DNA of 64,000 nucleotides from positions 2,550,053-2,614,052 of the forward strand of contig CAWFKI010000005.1 of the NCBI GenBank assembly GCA_963816345.1. The letters are read 5' to 3'. The DNA comes from an uncultured Bacteroidales bacterium. GTDB lineage: Bacteria > Bacteroidota > Bacteroidia > Bacteroidales > VadinHA17. The notes under the pieces were generated by a model. That model had not been told where the DNA came from. It ran no database searches and saw only the letters and a program-made list of their open reading frames with translations. The translations under genes were made by a program, and so were the position numbers. Positions 59,871-64,000 of the stretch are shown piece after piece. Numbering within the stretch: the first letter of the stretch is position 1; each line of letters starts with the position of its first letter.

Positions 59871-59894
59871 AAGCGAAGTCTGGAGACTTCGCTT
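59871..59894. repeat. Palindrome AAGCGAAGTCTGGAGACTTCGCTT (family copy)
   Basis: Perfect 24-nt palindrome in the divergent dctA / URO-D intergenic region. Identical to 56478-56501. Confidence 0.9.
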
Positions 59895-59985
59895 AGCTCG
59901 GGTTAAAAAATATTAATCTGATATTGCCAAATCGTTAATATCTTTAAAACTATCAAAAAATCTGATAAAACGTTAAAAAAGAATC

Positions 59986-61209
59986 ATGAACTCAAGGGAA
60001 AGAATTCTTTCGGCAATAAACCATAAGCAGCCCGACAGGGTACCCATTGACCTCGGCAGTTCAACAGTTACCGGGATATCTGCCATAGCATATAACAAGC
60101 TGAAGCGTCACCTGAACATTGAAAGCAAAACCAGGGTCTTTGATGTGGTGCAACAGCTGGCAAGTATAGATATGGAAATAGTCGGCATGCTGGGTGTTGA
60201 TGCCCTCGATATTAACAGGGTGTCGACTGAAGGCAACGACTGGTATGATGTTGAACTGGCTGACGGAAGCAAAGCACAGTATCCGGCATGGTTCAGACCC
60301 ATTCGGTCAGAAGATGGCTCATGGTATACAAAAGATAATGATGGCCTGGTTCTCTCAAAGATGGCAGCAGGAGCCACATTCTTCGATCAGATGCAATTCC
60401 CCTGGGAAAACGGATATCCTGAGAGTACCTCCACCCTGAAGGAGGATCTGAAGAAGATAAGCTGGGTTGTTCACTCACACGCCTCGAATCTGAACGAGAC
60501 TGAGCTAAGGGAAAAACTTGTGAAACTGAAGAACTCCACCGGCAAGGCCCTTGTAATGTCCGGCGGAGTGAAGCTTCTCGAGCTTGGATTTTTCATCAGG
60601 CGAATGGATAACTTCCTCATGGATCTGATGACGGATGAACCTAAATTATCCGAACTGCTCGATATGCTTGTGGAGATGCACCTGTCAGGACTGGAGAAAA
60701 AATGCCGCAACCTGGGGGATGTCGTTGATGTGATCAGGTTCGGTGACGATCTGGGTATGACATCCGGGCCGTTCATGGACCTGGAAACTTTCCGGAAATT
60801 CCTCAAGCCCAGATACAGGATCCTATGCGATTATGTAAAGAAACACAGCAACATGAAGATCTTCATGCACTCCTGCGGCAGCATAAAACAATTCATCCCC
60901 GACCTGATTGATGTCGGGATTGATATTCTCAACCCGGTGCAGACCAACTGCTACCAGATGGATCCGGTGACCCTCAAGAATGAATTCGGAAAAGATATAA
61001 CCTTCTGGGGAGGAGGAGTTGATACTGCATCAGTTCTGAACAACGGCACTCCTGAAGAGGTACGCGCTGATGTTCTTAAAAGATGCGAGATCCTGTCGGT
61101 TGATGGAGGATTTGTCTTTGCTCCGATTCACAATATCCTTCCTGATGTATCGCCGGAAAATATAATGGCAGCCTATTCTGCCGTGAGGGAGTTCAATGGG
61201 GAGATATGA
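59986..61209 (+). CDS. Uroporphyrinogen-decarboxylase (URO-D/MtaA-CmuA-like) family protein, function unknown
   Basis: 407 aa. The N-terminal MNSRERILSAINHKQPDRVPIDLG and C-terminal FWGGGVD...GGFVFAPIHNI are typical of URO-D-fold proteins. Confidence 0.7.
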   Translation: MNSRERILSAINHKQPDRVPIDLGSSTVTGISAIAYNKLKRHLNIESKTRVFDVVQQLASIDMEIVGMLGVDALDINRVSTEGNDWYDVELADGSKAQYPAWFRPIRSEDGSWYTKDNDGLVLSKMAAGATFFDQMQFPWENGYPESTSTLKEDLKKISWVVHSHASNLNETELREKLVKLKNSTGKALVMSGGVKLLELGFFIRRMDNFLMDLMTDEPKLSELLDMLVEMHLSGLEKKCRNLGDVVDVIRFGDDLGMTSGPFMDLETFRKFLKPRYRILCDYVKKHSNMKIFMHSCGSIKQFIPDLIDVGIDILNPVQTNCYQMDPVTLKNEFGKDITFWGGGVDTASVLNNGTPEEVRADVLKRCEILSVDGGFVFAPIHNILPDVSPENIMAAYSAVREFNGEI

Positions 61210-61526
61210 GCGTAGAGCGTAGAGCGTAGAGCGTAGAGCGAAGAGCATGGAGAGCACAACCTACAGAGGAGAACGGTTAAAGGGGTCATGCCATGGCATG
61301 ACCCTACATAATCGTATGTTTGAGGTCGTAGGGCCACGCCATGGCGTGGCCTGTCCATTCGCATTTCCAAAATTATCATCTTTAGCGGCGCGAGGGCAAA
61401 CCCCAAAAAGGTGTGAAATTAATGGCTTTGGGCCCTGGTTCGGGAGGGCCCGTGGGCAACAAAGCCATTAATTTTTCTTTTTGGGCGCCTTTTCTTTGGT
61501 ACTTTCTTTTTGCGTAAAAAGAAAGT
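61209..61526. repeat. Composite hairpin module, right copy (inverted relative to 58049-58415)
   Basis: Begins with (AGCGTAG)4 AGCGAAG AGCATGG on the stop codon of the URO-D gene. It then has palindromes GGGTCATGCCATGGCATGACCC (61283-61304) and GGCCACGCCATGGCGTGGCC (61332-61351), a 15-bp-arm hairpin AAATTAATGGCTTTG...CAAAGCCATTAATTT, and ACTTTCTTTTTGCGTAAAAAGAAAGT. Confidence 0.85.
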
Positions 61527-61580
61527 ACAATAAAAAAGTCCCCTTTAGGGGATTTAGGGGTGATAAAAGGGTCTCACATC

Positions 61581-62636
61581 TCACACCCGTCTTCGTATCT
61601 CTTTAACTGCCTCAATCATGGCAAGAAATCCATCGACAGGAATATAACCCGGAATTGAGTTACCGGATCCAAGCCCGTATCCGTTTGCCATCCGGCGATA
61701 AGCTGTTCCCTGCTTTAATACAGTCTGAAATACATCCTCAGGTTTACTCAGTATTAAAAGGTTAAGATCAAAACCGCCGAATAGTCCGATCCTGCCGGAA
61801 TATCTCTCAATCCATTCACTGAAAGGAGCAATCTGATCCTCATTTGAATGCTTTGCATCAATCCCGAGAGCAATGAGATCATCCATCAGCGGGAAGATCC
61901 TCCCGCAGCTGTGAAGGAGGAATTTCTTTCCGGAGGAATGGACAAGGTCAATCACACGACTGTACTGAGGGAAAATATGCTGCCTCACTATATCGGGATC
62001 AAGCATTGTGGAGGTCTTATGACCAAGGTCGTCTCCCATCCTGTAAAAGACAAAAAGATCATCATAATTCTCAATAACCCAGCTCCACAATTCCACCCAC
62101 AGGTCCCCGATCCTTACAAACAGATCCCTGAACAGCTCCGGATCAAGGCACTGCATAATGCATAAAGGTTCAAACCCGACAATATCCTGGCTTGCCTCAA
62201 ATATGCCATAGCCGCACCCTCCGTAAGCCTTCATGCCGGCAGGCAGCGTCTTCCTGATCGCCTCAAAATGAGGGGTATAAGTCTGTTTGAAGATTGCAGG
62301 AATTTCATCCCACGGATATTTCTCAAAATCATCCCTGGTCTGGACCGGTCCTTTCATACCTCCCATTATTGCACCATGACCGGGTAATATATCACATATT
62401 GCAGCCTCAAAATCAAACCCGTCGTATGTCATCTCTTTCCAGAAGCCGATGATCTTCCGGTAGTATCCAATTAATTCATCCGCAGTAAGATTCTCCGGAC
62501 TCAGCTCCTCGCCTGCCGCTTTTGATATAAACGGCGCATCTATATGATGCTCATAAAGCGGAAGACGACCGGGCTTCTGGTTTTGCAGCACCCGGAGAAG
62601 GTTGGTGTAATCGGGTTGGAAAGTAGTCTGTTTCAT
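61581..62636 (-). CDS. Uroporphyrinogen-decarboxylase (URO-D) family protein, function unknown
   Basis: 351 aa, a distant paralog of 59986-61209. Motifs: KPGRLPLYEH, HSCGRIFPLMDDLIALGIDA, GLFGGFD. Confidence 0.65.
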   Translation of the reverse strand: MKQTTFQPDYTNLLRVLQNQKPGRLPLYEHHIDAPFISKAAGEELSPENLTADELIGYYRKIIGFWKEMTYDGFDFEAAICDILPGHGAIMGGMKGPVQTRDDFEKYPWDEIPAIFKQTYTPHFEAIRKTLPAGMKAYGGCGYGIFEASQDIVGFEPLCIMQCLDPELFRDLFVRIGDLWVELWSWVIENYDDLFVFYRMGDDLGHKTSTMLDPDIVRQHIFPQYSRVIDLVHSSGKKFLLHSCGRIFPLMDDLIALGIDAKHSNEDQIAPFSEWIERYSGRIGLFGGFDLNLLILSKPEDVFQTVLKQGTAYRRMANGYGLGSGNSIPGYIPVDGFLAMIEAVKEIRRRV

Positions 62637-62656
62637 TCTGAATTATAAATAATATA

Positions 62657-62772
62657 GGCATCAGGCATCAGGCTTCAGGCTTCAGGTTAAGCACAGGGCA
62701 CAGGGCGCAGGCACGGGCGCAGGATTAAAAGGTATTCGGTATTCGGTATTCGGTATTCGGTGTCCGGTCGTC
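62657..62772. repeat. Concatenated heptanucleotide arrays
   Basis: (GGCATCA)2 (GGCTTCA)2 GG TTAA (GCACAGG)2 GCGCAGG CACGGGCGCAGG ATTAAAA (GGTATTC)4 GGTGTCC GGTCGTC. The GCACAGG-TTAAAA-GGTAWTC order is the same as on the opposite strand at 58446-58513. Confidence 0.9.
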
Positions 62773-62845
62773 TTGATTACTCTTATGTAACTTCTTTTTT
62801 CAATAGTTATTCTTATTTAGGGCCATATTAGCTTGTACTGAGGGA

Positions 62846-62922
62846 CTGATTACTGATTACCGATTACCGATTACCGATTACCGATTACCGATTACCGATT
62901 ACTGATTACCGATTACCGCTCT
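62846..62922. repeat. Tandem heptanucleotide array (CYGATTA)10, = (GGTAATC)n in gene sense
   Basis: CTGATTA x2, CCGATTA x6, CTGATTA, CCGATTA, CCGCTCT. The last units encode the final codons (…SGNR) and the TAA stop (62906-62908) of the GH38 gene. Confidence 0.92.
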
Positions 62923-64000
62923 CCGGTGTAATGCCAATCGTCACAATCTCATTCGGCCTGATCTTCACCTGAAGTGTCCTGCCGTTAACAACAGGAGCAG
63001 CTGCCCCGGTAAGAGGCATTTCCAACAGGTTGAGCCTCCGGGCAGAACTCATACTGACAGGTACGGTAAGATTTATAAGAGTCTCCCTGCCTTCAGTCTC
63101 ACAAAGCCTGATTATCAGTTCATTTCCATCCTCAGACTTTTTGATCCCTGTCATTACAACCCCCGGATTATCGATCGCAATAAATGAATTCTCTTCTGGA
63201 CGCGTTGCATGTTCCTTCCCAAAAGCAAGCGAAGGGGGCTCGGCTGCATACACAGGAATATTGAAATCTTCGCCTTCGGCCCATACACCGTTTTTCCAGT
63301 CACCGCTGTGAGGGAATAATGAATAGCTTATAATGTATTTGCCGAGATTCGGATAGATATCCGGATTACCAGCCGCCCTCATAAGAGTAATCCTGAGCTC
63401 ACCATTATGATATGAGTGCCCGTATTTGGTTTTGTTTAAAAGAGCAATACCAACCTTCCCGTCAGTTACATCGACCCATTTCTGTGCCGGAACCTCCTGT
63501 CCGTCATTAGTTTCACCTGATATCCCGTAAGCACCCTGATGCCTCTGATAAGGAGGCGCCTCTTTACCATTCATCATACCGTCGATTGGTCTCTGAACAA
63601 CATTGAAGGGAACCTGGGAGTAAAATCCCGGATTTTCGAGTGAAAGCGGGAAGACCGCCCTCAACATAGGAGAATCCGTTGAATCGCTTCCCGTTTCAAG
63701 CCAGTGCACCTCCATATCATAATCGATACGCGGATAGGAACGGTAGAGATATGTACGTTCAATAAATCTTGATTTACCCCATGTTTTTACTGTCTCCACA
63801 CAGGCCCTGACCGGTCCGTCCTCCACAACTTTCACACCGGCAACATTTGTAACATCTTCCTGCCCTGTATATTTATTAATGACCCACGACTTCATCTCTC
63901 CCTTTTTATCCTCGAGCGAGATCCGCAGGGTATTAAGCCGGCCTCCCTGCCTTACATACTCTTTACTGGTCCGTTTATCAAAGAGGCTGACAATGCCTCC
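62906..64000 (-). CDS. GH38 alpha-mannosidase, C-terminal part (gene continues beyond the right edge)
   Basis: The frame is open from 64000 (GGIVSLFDKRTSKEYV...). WVDVTDGKVGIALLNKTKYGHSYHNGELRITLMRAAGNPD is the typical GH38 C-terminal-domain pattern. Confidence 0.75.
   Translation of the reverse strand, partial: GGIVSLFDKRTSKEYVRQGGRLNTLRISLEDKKGEMKSWVINKYTGQEDVTNVAGVKVVEDGPVRACVETVKTWGKSRFIERTYLYRSYPRIDYDMEVHWLETGSDSTDSPMLRAVFPLSLENPGFYSQVPFNVVQRPIDGMMNGKEAPPYQRHQGAYGISGETNDGQEVPAQKWVDVTDGKVGIALLNKTKYGHSYHNGELRITLMRAAGNPDIYPNLGKYIISYSLFPHSGDWKNGVWAEGEDFNIPVYAAEPPSLAFGKEHATRPEENSFIAIDNPGVVMTGIKKSEDGNELIIRLCETEGRETLINLTVPVSMSSARRLNLLEMPLTGAAAPVVNGRTLQVKIRPNEIVTIGITPESGNR

Noticed and set aside
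58049-61526. Calling the inverted-repeat-flanked dctA + URO-D unit a composite transposon or mobile element
   Set aside because: There is no transposase, integrase or recombinase ORF inside or nearby, and I could identify no target-site duplication. The modules are mosaics of hairpins that also occur singly elsewhere. I kept it as a finding, not as a mobile_element feature.

Overview
This is a Bacteroidota-type chromosomal segment, judged from the SusC/SusD pair, TAnnTTTG -7 promoter boxes, many lipoprotein signal peptides and the absence of Shine-Dalgarno dependence. It has three parts. (1) 1-24.5 kb, almost all on the minus strand, is a polysaccharide-utilisation region. It holds SusC/SusD, GH28, DUF1080, a phosphotriesterase-like lipoprotein, four tandem GH51-type arabinofuranosidase paralogs (one decayed, one cut by the window edge) around an MFS sugar porter, a divergent AraC regulator, and a second block of secreted hydrolases ending in a frameshifted GH2-like gene. 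(2) 24.6-52.6 kb, all on the plus strand, is an amino-acid biosynthesis supercluster: asnA, ilvD-ilvB-ilvN-ilvC-leuA-leuC-leuD-cimA-leuB, hisGDCBHAF-IE, pheA-aminotransferase-tyrA-DAHPS/CM-aroA, and an orphan trpB2. Each of the four operons is preceded by a -7 box, a short leader ORF rich in the cognate amino acids (ILV, His, Phe/Tyr, Trp) and an intrinsic terminator, which fits ribosome-mediated attenuators. (3) 52.6-64 kb holds NIPSNAP, an APC permease, a DUF5009 membrane protein, a degraded glycosidase remnant, dctA, two URO-D-family genes and a partial GH38. The most unusual feature is a mosaic of intergenic repeats from about 27.7 kb onward. It comprises tandem heptanucleotide arrays of several sequence families, recurring perfect palindromes, a roughly 160-bp tandem duplication inside the aromatic operon, and 320-370-bp inverted composite modules flanking dctA plus one URO-D gene. 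Five genes have interrupted frames (a GH51 paralog, GH2, ilvB, the aroA C-terminus, and the glycosidase remnant). I recognised no tRNA, rRNA, CRISPR array, transposase or integrase.
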